Shown in pieces: positions 1 to 13,490 of a DNA stretch of 43,012 bases. Position numbers and translations under genes: made by a program. Source of the stretch: Conidiobolus incongruus B7586. Taxonomy: Eukaryota. The number at the start of each line of letters is the position of its first letter. Positions within the stretch are counted from its first letter, which is position 1. The stretch is taken from the NCBI GenBank assembly GCA_000697335.1, contig JNEM01010539.1, positions 1 to 43,012 on the forward strand, in the 5' to 3' direction. The notes under the pieces are model-generated. The model was not told the DNA's origin and did not search any database. It saw only the letters and a list, made by a program, of their open reading frames with translations.

Positions 1-929
1 TATTTAAGAATATATATTGTTTTTAAATATAAGATATCTTTATAAAATTAATAAGAGAATTAATATTAAAATATATTAAAATTTTTTAAATAATAAATTA
101 AAATAATTATTAAATAATATAAGTTAAATATTATTAAGAAATATATAATAAGATAATATTTCTTAATATAAATGTTAGTTGATTCTAGATTTTATAAAGT
201 TAATGAAGTTAAAAAAATTAAAGATAGATATATTAAATTTTAATCTTTTTGATTATCAAAAATCTATAAATTAATAACTCATTATAAGCAAAATTTAAAG
301 ATTGATATTTCAATCAATTAATAACTAAATATAATAACTTAATAATTTATAATATTAATAAATATATATAGTTTTAATTATTTAATTTAGGTTTATTAAG
401 TATTAATAAAGTAATTAGTAAAAATATAAGTGTTTTTGATTTTATAACTTATTTTTATAGATTAGTATATAATAAATATTAAATTATTTTAATATTTCTT
501 AAGTTAAGAAGATATTAGTTAATATATTTGTTTAATCAATTAATAAATAAAGAAATAATAGTAGAAATTGATTTTTTTAATTTTGGTAAAATTAAAATAA
601 TATCCCTTTTAGCTTTAAAATCACAAATCTAGTGATATATGGTAGTTTTAAATAAACACCATATTTATAAGTTATTTACAAATCTTAGATGATTTTATAA
701 GGTTTATAGCTAAACTTTAAAGATATAAAAATATAAACCTTTTGATAATTATTACTTAATTTAAATATAATTGAATCTAACTATACATTTTAAAATCAAT
801 ATATTTTAATAAAAAAATATTAAAATTAAAATATATATAATTGAAAATATTAATTTTCCTATATATTTTATATATAAATAGCTTTTGAAAGCATTTAATA
901 TGTTTAAAAGATCAGAAATTAAAAAATGG
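1..929 (-). mobile_element. Degenerate mariner-family transposon copy (partial, cut by window start)
   Basis: Aligns by eye to the reverse complement of 5376-6420, e.g. 661-800 vs 5530-5660, and 850-929 (ttttcctatatat...tcagaaattaaaaaatgg) vs 5376-5470. Ends in a partly deleted TIR followed by TA. Confidence 0.7.
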
Positions 930-1869
930 TAAATTTTTTAATTTTTATATTAATATATAAAATCATTTATCATTTCCTATTATATTAAATTTTTGATTTC
1001 GAAAAATTCATTTTCAGTAAATATATTATATATTTTAAAAAATTTTGATATTTTTTTGATTTTAATAATCATTTAGATATAACCTAATTAATTAAATATA
1101 AATATTAGTTATCAATTTTAGCTTTTTAACTTAAAAATAAGAACAGAAATATATATTTGTCAAATTTATAAATTTGAATAATTAATAAAATATAATATTA
1201 CTATTTACAAAAATTTTATCAAAATTTGATATATTTATAAAACTAATATAAAATAAATGAAATAATCAAATATATTATTATATATCAAATAATAAATTTC
1301 AATCATTATATCATACTATATTTAAATATATTAATCAAATATTGAAAATTATGTATATCAATTTTAATATGATATATCAAAGGGATTATATGAGTGATTA
1401 TTAAATATTTTCGATATGATTCCAATGTACAAAATGATTATGAATATTATTAAGATCAGAATAATTCCAGTAAGTTGGAATAATCATTATAAATATTATA
1501 AATTATATGAAAATATATTAATTGAGGATTATACAAATATTACCAAGTTGATGATATTAATTGAAACTCTGTTAATATTAATTTTATTGAATATTCTCTT
1601 ACTACTAATGATCTAGATGCTATTCAAATTCATTGAAAAACATGATACTGATTGGCTATATGGTTGACATTATTTTTTTCAAATACATATCTTTTAAGAA
1701 TAATTCAAAAGTTTATGTTTTTTATATAATTTATTTTGAAATGAAAGTGAAATAACAATAGGAATTTTAGAAAAATTTAATTTGAAACTATTTTTCCTTT
1801 GTATTATTATACTCTCTCTAATATTATTTTTCAAATGAATTTTTTTTAAACTATAATTAGTAAAGATTG

Positions 1870-3360
1870 CTCATGTGGTGTAGCCAAATAACCATACCTA
1901 TAATACAAATACTAAAAACAATAACGAAATCAACCGTCAGGCTATTACAAGGAACCAATTCAATCATCCGGTATTTAGAACTATTTTACGCAATATCAAT
2001 GCCTTGGAAGTATATTTTGAGAAGAAAGATGTTAATGCTCTTCAAATGAGCAGGAAAATTGGCTACCAGCTAACCGATTCTAAATTCTAAATTTAGCTAT
2101 TCGTTTAAATTTAATGTAAATTTGAAATTTTTAATAAGGATTGAAATAAGTTTGAAAAATTTAAGTTCTAACTTATTACAGTATTTGGAATCAAAATATT
2201 TTTGGTAATGAAGTCTCTTTTATGTGTCAAATTCAAAAAATTGTTTTACTTGAATTTGTCTTTATGATTATCACGAAATAAACTATATGAGCTCATTTTA
2301 TTACAATGTATAAGTCAACTACCTTACCTTCACAAATTTTGGTTGTTTGATTGTAATATTCTTAAAACTCACGAACTCAGAGGAAATTTACTAGAAGCTG
2401 ATAAGCCTATCGAGTTAATCAATTTGAAATCAAGCACAATTGGTTAACAACCCCAGAAGCTTTAAATCGATTATTTGAAGCCTTGATAGCGATGAAAATT
2501 TGAAGTATGTAATCACTTGTGTGAGAAGTTAATTCAATAATGGTTTCTGCAATATCCCAAATTTGTAAGACTTTGTTTTGGACTTATACCCTATTGAAGC
2601 TTGTGGTAATATCTCAGTTGTGGTCACTATAAGAAAAAAATTCAGCCAAATTATGACAAATGTACCTCTTGTTGGCGAGTTCTGCTATAGACTTAAATAC
2701 TTCAGCAATATTCAATTGAGTTCATCAACACCCAATTTTCCGAGTTGGAATAACTATCTGTTAACTACTCCGTCTCAAAACCTGATCCAAGCAATTTATA
2801 AAAAGATCACATAATTCAAAATATATCATTTCAGAATCAAATGAATATTTCTAGGTTAGATCTAAATCTCGGAACAATCAAACTCAGTATTTTGGCTGGT
2901 TTTATTACGAAGTTGGCTCCATTTGCATCAATTAGAATTATTTTTGGATCATATTGATTCTGAAGAATTAAGAATGCTAGAAGACACTTATCCAAATTTA
3001 CATCATATTTAGTTACTTAGACTGATCAACATCATTTTAGTGGCTTTGACCAGTTATTCTTTGCTCAGTTTTTCCTCGATTATGATACTAATCTCATCAA
3101 TTTCAATTCAATGCTTCTCTTCGTAAATTAAGCTTCAAAGTCATCTATTATATCCGATTGGAGAATAGATACTTAGCTGGCATCGGCAATTTGGAAAGGA
3201 TTATTTTTAACAATACTTTTTCTCATTTTAATCTGGAAAGATTAAAGAATATCTATTAAATTTATTTGAATAGTATTTTCAGATTCACCTATGAGCTCAT
3301 CTCTGCTGGTAACTTACAAAATGTAACACTTAACAGATTGTTACAGTTACCTTTATATAT
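1870..3360 (+). pseudogene. Decayed leucine-rich-repeat (RNI-like, possibly F-box-LRR) gene
   Basis: GC above flanks; broken + frames give LRR-like segments: LQCISQLPYLHKFWLFDCNI (~2300), LRSWLHLHQLELFLDHIDSEELRMLEDTYPNLHHI* (~2905-3012), NASLRKLSFKV...GIGNLERIIFNN (~3110-3215). Many stops and frameshifts; boundaries approximate. Confidence 0.5.
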
Positions 3361-3604
3361 GTCATTCTATCGCTACTTTACCATTTCATTTTTCATTATT
3401 TACTTGAATAACTTAATAAATACTATATTTCACTTTAAAATTAATTTTAAAATTCAACTAACATTATAAAATTTAAAATATAATTCAATAATAGTTTATT
3501 AATTCAAGAAATGGGAATATTATGATAATTTAGGAAAAGTTTGTTGATTATAATATATTAAAGTATTCAAATATCTAATTGAAATTCATTACATCAAACA
3601 CAAT

Positions 3605-4045
3605 TCCTTATTTTCACCTAAATCGTCAAATTCAATTAATAGAAGCGATAAGCAACTGAATACAAAAGCTTAGTCCATTTTTTAGCCAGCTGACATCAAA
3701 ACTAACAGAGTAGATTTATTAAAAGATAAATGTTGAGAAATACTCATCGACGAGACTTGGAAGTAATCGGAATAAAAAAATGAATACTCATTTTCAGCCA
3801 AATTTTTATAGGTATCACAACAGAATTAGTTGAGTTCAACTTAACTAACTTTGAGAATCTTACCAACTTCTCTTCATTGCCCGAATCCCCTTAATTCTAC
3901 TCTTTCATTGAATCATTCTCCACTTCTATCTTTCACTCATTTAAACCCTCATACAAAAAGTTGAAATAATTGATTATATGGCCAAACTTATTAAGTGATT
4001 TCAAATGTAGGGACTAGACCTTAATTAAAATCAAGGACTTTGGTT
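3605..4045 (+). pseudogene. Inverted, decayed duplicate of COG3 exon 1
   Basis: caacttctcttcattgcccgaatccccttaattct (3864-3898) is nearly identical to the minus strand of 15449-15483. Translation LFSPKSSNSINRSDKQL...DLLKDKC*EILIDET matches COG3 LLSSKSPTSIKRSDKEL...NLLKDRCSEILINET, with stops and indels. Confidence 0.85.
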
Positions 4046-5375
4046 TCATTGCTTAATATTTTTATTACCAGTAAATAGGCTACTTTTTAGTTAGAATATA
4101 TATATAATTGACTTAATCAAAAATTATTACAATAATTATGAAGTGGCAAATATACCAATTCAAGAGACTGTTATATATTATATATTTCATGGTAATCATT
4201 ATTTTATGACCTAAATATAGAAGTAGTTTCATCATCCCAGTATATTGACAATTTTATTTACAGTTGACTAATGTCAATAATAATAAATAATAATTAAATC
4301 TTATAAAATTTTGGTTCTAAATTTAGTTTTTAAGTGATTGTATTTATATATAATTTGATTAGGACTTAATGAATTAAAGTTTCAATTATTCAAAATCTCA
4401 ATTAAAATTTTAACACTTTTTAATTATTTTTTCAAACTCGAAACTGTATATATTTATCAATAATATCGGTAGGATTATATAACTAATTACCATATCAGAT
4501 ATCATAGTAGTAATCCTGAATTTAATATTGGTGATAAAGATATTAATGAAGATGTTATTACAATTTATTAATCTCATATATCATTTGAAAAATTAGCAAT
4601 TATTTTTTTGTTTCAAAATATAAAATTATTGATTATTTATTAAATTGATTAATAATCTTAAATATTGAATAATTTTTTAAATCTATTATAAATATTACCC
4701 TATTAATATTATATTAATAGTTCTACTCCATTAAGTAACTAAAGCTTTCATTTTTGCCATCTGAATTAACTGAAATAAAATCCAAGTTACAAGCTATACA
4801 AATCATTTTTATAGCAACCTAAATTCTTCAAACAAAGAAAAAACGATTTAGTTTCGATTAACTTATCTTAATTTTGGTATAGTAATTAAAAGATTTATAT
4901 TTTTAACAATTTTATATATTATAAATGAAAAATTGGGAAAGTATTTCAAACTATTTGTTTTAGCAATTAACTTTACAATTATCCTTATAACTTTCAAAAA
5001 TAACTTGATTGTAATTTAATTTCATATATTATTTAATCCACCTTATATATTATTTGATTATTATTTAAACTGTTTTACTTTCAAATAAATTTGATTTACA
5101 TTCTTTAGCTTGTTCCTCACACTATCTAATATGATATATCATAGACTATCTTCAATTGTTAATTATCCATTTTTAATTTTAATTAATGTGTACTTAAATT
5201 AGGACATGTTCAATTGCTATATTTATTTGCATCAATAAGTTTTAAATTATATTGATTAAATGGGGTTTTTGATAAAAACCATTAACTATTTATTTAAAAA
5301 ATAATTCATAAAAATAGTTGGAATTAAGCACTAATAACACAATACAATAGTAAAGACTCTATTTATATAATATTA

Positions 5376-6678
5376 CCTTGAATTTGAAGTAATGGGAAAT
5401 TTTTTAATATCTGATTTTTCAAACCTATTATTGGCTTTAAGTAAACAAATATATACAAAATATATAGGAAATTATATATTTTTAAATGATATATATATAT
5501 ATCATTATTTTTTGATTAAAAAATTAACTTTTTAAAATTAGTTATTTAATTTTATTATATTTAAACTAAATAACAATCATTAAAAGTTTTTTATTTTGGT
5601 ATTAATAAAATTTAACCATAAACTCTTTAAAGTTATTTAAAGTTTATAAATATTTTTTAATAATAAAGTATTAATTAAATCAACAATTTATTGTTAAATA
5701 AATTATTTTAAAGATAATAGAGAAACTATCAAAACCTGTTAAAAATAAAATGATTAATTTTAATTATTATTTTTTTAATTATTAATAGAGTGAAAAAATA
5801 TAATAAAAAGCATCTTTTTATTTTAGTTAAAGAATTACCTAAATATTTTAATATTAGTTTTATAAGTATTTTATATATATTAAAGTTTAAACTTAAATTA
5901 ATAAATAAAAATATATAATAAATATCTTATAATTTGATTAAAATTTAAAAAAAAGTTAGAGTAGTTATTGTTAAACAAAACTTACTATAATATTATTAGA
6001 AACTTAAGTTTTTATAATGAATAATTACAATTAATAAATCTTAAATCCTTTTATATAATTATTTATCAAAATATAAATTAAAGTGATAAATTAAATAAAA
6101 TTAACCTTTTTTATAAATCCCTTTAAATAAATATTTTATTAATAAGTAAATATTAATTATTATAATAAATTATAATAATATTTACTACTCTTATTTAGTT
6201 TTTGAAGGAAAATTAATTATTAATAAGTTTTATATTGTTTTATTAAATAAAACTATTTTTAATTAATATTTTAATATAATTTAAAAAACCTATTATTTTA
6301 TATAAAAATTATAAATTATATAAAATTAAAGTTATAAAACACTTTCTAATTAAAAATAACTAGAAAAAACTACCACATCTAATATATTTTTAAATAATAA
6401 CTTATGTAATTATAATTATTTTAAGTAATTAAAAAACTAGCTTATAAAAAAGAAAATTTCTGTAGAAAAATTTAATTTGTTTATAAAATATTAAATTTTA
6501 GTGTTTAATAAAAAGAACTGTTTTTTAGGTATTAGAAATATATTAAAAATATAGCAAAAAGTTATTAATAATAAAAAATGCTATTAAATTTATAATTTAT
6601 ATTTATTTTTATATATTATATATCAAAATATTTATTTATTTTAAATTGCAAAAGATTCCCATTATTTAAAATACAGAG
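5376..6678 (+). mobile_element. Full-length (1303 bp) fossil mariner (DD34D) DNA transposon
   Basis: TA on both flanks; imperfect TIRs (ccttgaatttgaagtaatgggaaattttt / aaagattcccattatttaaaatacagag). Mutated transposase motifs in order: *ISYNL (WVPHxL, 5919), IITINKS* (IxTxDExW, 6021), IILYKNYKLY (LHDNxRPH, ~6290), LPHLIYF...(LPHPxYSPDxxPxDY, ~6370), GIRNILKI*QKVINN (GIxxLxxRWQKVI, ~6528). Confidence 0.85.
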
Positions 6679-7595
6679 TAATAATTATATTTTTAATACT
6701 CTAGATATAGCTAAATTAGAACATATTATTTAAAAGCCCTAGTTTTTGAGAATATGCTATATTTAATATAACAAACTATTATTAAATACATATTTAATCA
6801 TTGTTAATAACTTATTACAATAGTATCAATCCAAGTTTTTTAAATTTGATTATATCAAATAAGAATAAATGAATTATAGAGGTGATATACTATTTATATA
6901 TATTAATTAATTAATTAAAATGTTATTTACAACATAAAAAATATTTTAAATTAATAGGTTATTATGATTATATTAATATTGCATTTAAATTAATTCCTTA
7001 AAATTTTTTTAAAATTCTTAATTAGTACTAAAGTAATAAGTTTTATATTCTATTGAAATAGGAAATACTATTAAAAGTAAATTTATATTAGTCTAATAGC
7101 ATTCTTTCAATCATTCAATATGAATATAATTACATTGAAATTTTTGTTTTTAATATATTTTCAAAATTAAACGATAATTGAGAAAAAAATTGTAGTAGTT
7201 ATAACTCTAATAAAATCACTTATTTTATGCTAATATCTTTTGAAAATTAATATTATTTTACAAAGTAATATCAATCTTGCGCTTTGAATTGATTTTTCGA
7301 TATATTGTATTTACAAACCACAAGGTTAATCAATGTGCAAAATTTATTTAACCTTGTATAATGTATTAGCAATTTAGTTATACTTTTAAATCATTTTGAA
7401 TTATTCCATAGATAAGTATTATTATTGAAAATATTCATATCCTTAAACGGTATTTTATATTCTATCGTGAAAGTATTAATAAATTATACTAATTAATGTA
7501 TTTTTTTTTATTTGTTAATTGATTATTAAAAAATTCATTTAGAAATTAAATGATTACTGATTTGTTGAATAAAGTATATTTATTTGGGAATTGAA

Positions 7596-7603
7596 TCCCA
7601 TAA
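7596..7603 (+). promoter_or_regulatory. TCCCATAA candidate promoter element
   Basis: Exact 8-mer ~135 bp upstream of ATG 7738; recurs in sense orientation before four other genes. Confidence 0.5.
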
Positions 7604-7737
7604 TCTGATTTTAATATATTGGTAAGTATAATTTGGATTTTTCTAATTCCTTAACACCAAAAATTAATTAAAATAATAACATAATTTATTTAATTCAAAT
7701 TTTAGAAAATAAATTAATATTAAATTTATAATTAAAA

Positions 7738-8175
7738 ATGTCTAACTTATATAAATCGGCTCAAGTCGCCGTCAAATCCTTAATCAGTAAAAATGGAAGG
7801 ATGACAACTCAAGAAATTTTAAAACATTTACAAGAATTTCCTGAATTTAAGAATGCCAGTACTTTAAAGCACAAAATTTTAAATCCATTATTGGAAGAAA
7901 GACAGTTAATCAAGAAGATTGATCACTCAGTAATTAATCCTAAGACTAAGATTGGTACCTTTTATTGGTACATGCCTGAAAATGATAAAATTGTTCAAGC
8001 TTACAAGAATTTGACGAGGGAGAATTCGGAAAATTTCACTAAGGATCCTCTAGACCAATTGGAATTAAAGCCTACTGTACCTTTACTTGGGCGTACTGGT
8101 CCCTATGCTCATTTTGCTAAGCGCGCTGAATGGAATGGTAATCTTACCGATAAACTTAAACGCCAATTAGCTTAA
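7738..8175 (+). CDS. Hypothetical 145-aa protein, winged-helix-like N-terminal half
   Basis: Intact ORF with coding-like GC and A-rich start context (aaaATG). Pattern helix - GRMTTQEILKHL - helix STLKHKILNPLLEERQLIK - strand FYWYM fits a winged-helix fold (inference). Basic, acid-free N-terminus. Confidence 0.75.
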   Translation: MSNLYKSAQVAVKSLISKNGRMTTQEILKHLQEFPEFKNASTLKHKILNPLLEERQLIKKIDHSVINPKTKIGTFYWYMPENDKIVQAYKNLTRENSENFTKDPLDQLELKPTVPLLGRTGPYAHFAKRAEWNGNLTDKLKRQLA

Positions 8176-8663
8176 ATAATTGGAATATTCTATAAAAATA
8201 TATTTATAAAGATATAAAATTTGGTATCGCAATTTTTAGATCCATCACAGTCAATATTTTATGATAGATTAATTAACACTTTTTTATACTCATATTTCAA
8301 TATAGAATATGAGTAGTTCAATAAAAATTACTACCTGCTTGTGAATTACACCAAATTGTCATATAAATTTGATTCTTTCATTTTTTTAGTTTTAATGTAC
8401 TGTATAAAATTATGCATTTTATAATATCAACATTCATAATAATAACATTTATTTTTTATATAATATATATTCTTTGATGAATATCACAATTTACTTGTTC
8501 ACTCTAAATTTTAAAATAATTTATTGAATCAAATCCAAAAATTTGTTAATTGAAGTTAATACCTTTATTAGAATCTTTCACATTGGCATTTTATTGAACA
8601 TTAAATTTGATCATATTTATATTTTAATATATCAATCAACTTAGTCAACCTAAATCCAAGCAT

Positions 8664-8689
8664 TATATATATATATATATATATATATA
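8664..8689. repeat. (TA)13 microsatellite
   Basis: Perfect TA run. Confidence 0.9.
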
Positions 8690-9173
8690 CATTAAATATG
8701 TAGATTAGTTATAAAAACATTTATTTTGTAAATTTGATTTTAAATAATTGAATTTTACAAGAGAAATATAATATAAATTATTTCATGAAAATAATTAATA
8801 TATTATAAATAAAAACTTTTTATTACTCCTATTAATTTATAACAATTATAAATATTAATAAATTAAAATTGATATATTTGTAAATATTAATTAAATTAAA
8901 TGAAATATATATTTTTTATTTAATTATTTTTAATATACATTTAATAAATTAATTGATATAATGTTATTGAAAGAATTATTGATTTATTTTAATAGAGATA
9001 AATTTATACTTTTAATATAAATTATTCAACTAATTCTGCTTATTTTAACTGAATTTTACAGATCGGACTTAGCACAATTTTAAGGTTGTAATTATTTGTT
9101 AGGATTATTAGTACTTTGCAAATATTTTTAATAAATAGAATAAAATAGAAATAATATAATCAAATGAATAAAA

Positions 9174-9601
9174 CCCTTTCAGTACCACCACACCAATTAT
9201 CATAAAAATTTTTGTCTTGTTTAATAATCTAAAAAGATATTGTTTAATTTAGTCGATATAGTATATAAATATATCTTTAAATTGGGACCAAATTGGAATT
9301 ACTTATTATTAAATAAATAATGTTTTACATTATATTAATCACTTAACAGACAAAGTGAAATTATTTTTATTAATTGATCAAGTCTGATCTATATTTAATA
9401 TACTAGATTTTTAACAACTTTCGCTAATAACTATCATTTTCAGTAGAGAATATATTCGAAATATTAATATTAAACATTGAAAAATATATAGTAATTTGAA
9501 TTTAATTTATTATTTCTCTATATCTTGTTTTAATAACTTTATATGAAATATACTAAAAATGGTGTGTCATTAATATTTTAGTGAGATGGCACTGAAAGGG
9601 G
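9174..9601. mobile_element. Non-autonomous TIR element (piggyBac-like MITE, ~430 bp)
   Basis: Left end ccctttcagtaccaccacac; right end reverse complement cccctttcagtgccatctcac. Right end is followed by TTAA; left flank is a degenerate taaaa. No ORF. Confidence 0.6.
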
Positions 9602-9743
9602 TTAAACTTTAAATTAATCTAAATATTTATTTAATAGCTATTATAATATAATTTTAGAGTAATGAATATCTAATTAATTTCATAATATTCATACAATTTA
9701 GTGAAAAGGTATTTGTACAAGAGAAAATTAATTGATCTTCAAC

Positions 9744-12700
9744 TTAAAGGTATAAACTAGCGGCAAACACGATGTCTCTCTTGATTAGTTTAATTCCTAT
9801 TATATTTGTTAATAAATGACGATAAATTTTTATCAAATGTATTTACCTTCAGCAAACTTCATCTCTAATTCGGTATTACCAATGACTTTGGAAGCGGATC
9901 CCATGGATCTGAGCAATTCTTCAAGTCGTCGGAAGCAACGAATGATGGCTCCTTCGAAAATTTTGGTCTTTTTGCAGAGTTCATGGAATTTAACACCTTT
10001 GGCCCACATGTAAGCAATGTCCATGAAGTCAGTCTTAATAAGATCTTCGTCTTCATTAGGATTGTTAGAGGATTGGGTTTCTAATTTGGATTGGACGGAA
10101 ATGTCACGGATTTTTCTTGCCATATCCTATATAATGAATTAATTTGATTGGTAATGAAAATGAATCAAATTGAGTTTACCTTCATAGCTTCCAAAGTTTT
10201 TTCCATTTCAGCTTTGACGAGTGATTCTTCTTCAGTCTAAGATAATAAATTGTCAATATATATGATTAATAATGTATAAATATATATATTACCTTTTCAT
10301 CAAAAACGAAACAACTCAAGATTGCAACAATTTGAGGTACATCAAGATCGTTAAAGAGACCTTGGAATAACATTTCTGTGAGCATTAATTCGTCACCACT
10401 GGAAATTTCACATGCAACTCTTCCTTTGAGAGTGATTACATCACGATCATCAATCATATCCAATCTATCACAAGGCAAAAAGGTTAGTATTATAAATCAA
10501 AATAGAATATTTTAATTACCTTCTCAAAATCCTCTTTCTAGCTTTAAGTTCATCCATTTTAATCACAGATTTGGCATTATAAATATCCTTTTTAATTAAT
10601 TTGGCCTTTTGATCGAGTTGAACCTTTTGTAAGTATAAGGGATATAATTCGGCTAATTTGGGAGTATCGTGAAGAGGGTGTTCTTTAATTAATTGTTCCA
10701 ATTTTTTAATTTTCTAATATAAAAACAAGGATTAATAGAATTCAACATCGTATAATAATAAATTAATTACGTCAATTAATTTTAGGAATTCTTGGTCATT
10801 AATTTTTTGAGATTCTACAGGATCCAATAATGGTACACCATTAGGGAATTTAGAAAATACTTTCTATTAATTAAATCAAATTATTAATGAATTAAGCGAG
10901 TGTGAAATAATTGTATTTACCTTTAATGTTCTGAAAGTATCTTTTCTAGATTCGGAATCCAAATTCGAGGGCATTTTAGAACGAATTTTACTGAGCCCAT
11001 CAAGTGCCTGTAACATAACAGGTACAACAATAAACTCACCATCTTTACTATTAATATCAGCGGGAATAAAGTCGTGTGATAATGTATCAGGCTTAAGTGG
11101 AGATTTGCTGCGATTCTTATTAGGTTCACAATATAGAAGAATATCTACAACGTAGTTTTTCTTTTCAGCATCTTCAGCTGTAACCTTGGCACGAGGTTTG
11201 GGCTCATTGATTTTAAGTTCCTTGTAAGCTACAATAATGCCCCATCCATAGTCACGATCTTGACATTTGACTCGAGCAAGCCTTCCTTCATTTAAGAATG
11301 ATAAAGCATTAGAAGGATGGTGAACAATAGAACGATACTGTTCATTGGCGGCTGTGAGTTCGGTCTTTAATTTGTAATATCTCTCAACTTCCTTTTCGTT
11401 TTCGATAACTAAGCTAGCGCTTTGGGATTCAAGGTCGCTAAGCTGCTCAAGTAATTTAGGCAAAGCTGTTGTATTTTGGAACTGAAGGAATGAGTGTTGA
11501 AGCATATATTCTGGACTGAAACCATCAACACGAGTTAAATTGAGAATCATATTGTATTTTAAGACGAAGGCAGAATTCAAAGGGTCAGCTTCACCTTTGA
11601 TCATTTCTTTACATTTTGCAGGGTCGAGAGAATCTGAAGAGTCGATCATGGCAATAACAATACCACGGTCATCTAAACCACGACGACCAGCACGACCTGA
11701 CATTTGAATATATTCACCAGAGGAAATAAGACGGAAACCTTCACCATCGAATTTTTGTAAGCCAGTGAAGACGACGGTTTTTGCAGGCATATTTAAACCG
11801 ATAGAGAAAGTTTCGGTAGCAAAAAGAACTTTGACAAGACCTTCTTGGAATAACAATTCGATTGTTTCTTTCAAAATGGGAAGTAAACCTGAGTGATGGA
11901 TACCAATACCATTTTTCAAGAAAGGCAAAATGGTTTGGATTTGATCAAGATTTCGATCCTCTTCTGATAATGATCCGATAGCATTATTGAAAATTGTCAT
12001 CACATTTTTTTGTTCGATATCTGTATTTAATGCCAACTTGGCCATTCCCTTAGCTAAAGCTTCACATCCTTGACGATTGAATGAGAAAACAATCACTGGC
12101 TGGAAGTTCTTTTCTAAAATCATCTTGATAATTTTAGAGATGTTATTCTGTTCTGTTGCTCTCTTGGATGTGCCTTTCTTTCCCTTTTTATCACTTGATT
12201 TGGGGTCGTCAGTAAATGAATCGCCACCTTGGACATATGTAAGGGCCTTTTGGAAGTTGTTTTCACGAAATGTACCCTTCTCGTCAACAACTAGGAAAAT
12301 ACCATCAGCTTTGCTGGGTGATAGATAATGTTGGAGAGGAGTAGGACGATAAGTGGTATATACTACGTGACAGGGTTGGTGATGAACTTTGCAAACCCAT
12401 TGGGCAAATTGTAAGGCATTTGGAATGGTTGCAGATAAGAATACATGTTTGACAGTATGGGGTAATAAGATCAATGTTTCTTCCCAAACAACACCACGAG
12501 CTAAAAGAATATTATTAATATTTAAAATAAAAAGTCATATAGAAATTAAAGTTACATTTATCTCTCATATAATGAACTTCATCAAATACAACCCAAGCAA
12601 CTTCACGCATGACTTCAGAGCCTAAATAGAGCATAGATCTCAAAATCTAAAATATAAAATTAATAAATATTCTTTATTGGGAAATTTTTATGAATTACTT

Positions 12701-13490
12701 CAGTAGTCATAACTAAACAACTAGCGTTTGGAGATAAAGTTACATCACCAGTCATTAAACCAACATCGCCAAATTCTTCTAAAAATTCACGATATTTTTG
12801 ATTACTTAGAGCCTTAAATTTAAAAATTTAATTAGTAATCAAAGTGAAGTAAATTTGAAATTTAATGATAATTAATATACCTTAATAGGACTAGTGTAAA
12901 TAACTCTCTGCTTATTTTTCAAACATTGAGCTATAGCATATTCGGCAACAACAGTTTTACCAGCTGAAGTGTGAGCACTAACTAATACAGATTCCCCTCT
13001 TTGTATACTTGCAATAGCTTTCTTTTGAAAAGGATCCAATTCGAAAGGATACGTACGTGCAGGGTCAGCAGGAGGAACATGGTTTTCAATTGGAACATAA
13101 GGGTAACCAGGTGGAATAACAGCTGTATGACGTACCTAAAACCAATTGAATATTAAATCAATAAAATAATAAAAATTTGAATAATACCTCTGAACGAGTA
13201 TTAATAACTTCGGAACCGGAAGTATCTTTGTAAGAATGTTGAACGTCTTCTGAAACAGAATCAGTTGTAATGAGATCGGTAGCATCGTTGGATAATTTTA
13301 ATTGTTTGTCGACAGCATCGTTTAAATCTTCAGAAGGACTTTGTTCCTTGCGCTTAACAGACTCTGTACGAATATTTTCATTACCAGAAAATGGATTTGC
13401 CAAATAGGTAGGTAATTCGGGTAACGGAGTTAATTCATTGCTTCCAGGTTTAAAAGCTTTAAAAAGCTTGTCGGAAGTTTGACTAAACAT
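9744..13490 (-). CDS. MTR4: Ski2-like DExH RNA helicase Mtr4 (TRAMP/nuclear exosome cofactor), ~1063 aa
   Basis: 11 exons: 13490-13188, 13135-12881, 12812-12699, 12646-12556, 12500-10921, 10863-10771, 10713-10520, 10464-10293, 10236-10180, 10126-9847, 9796-9744, all GT-AG and in frame. Motifs [38 protein letters not shown], arch/KOW region, C-terminal [12 protein letters not shown]. Confidence 0.96.

Noticed and set aside
8287..8315. 10-bp hairpin tactcatatt/aatatgagta; similar small palindromes near 25390, 25450 and 29017
   Set aside because: Short AT-rich inverted repeats expected by chance; no supporting context.
9816..12625. Short overlapping ORFs inside MTR4 (also those inside the ZIP, RSM22 and SDR genes)
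   Set aside because: Antisense or alternate-frame by-products of real coding exons.
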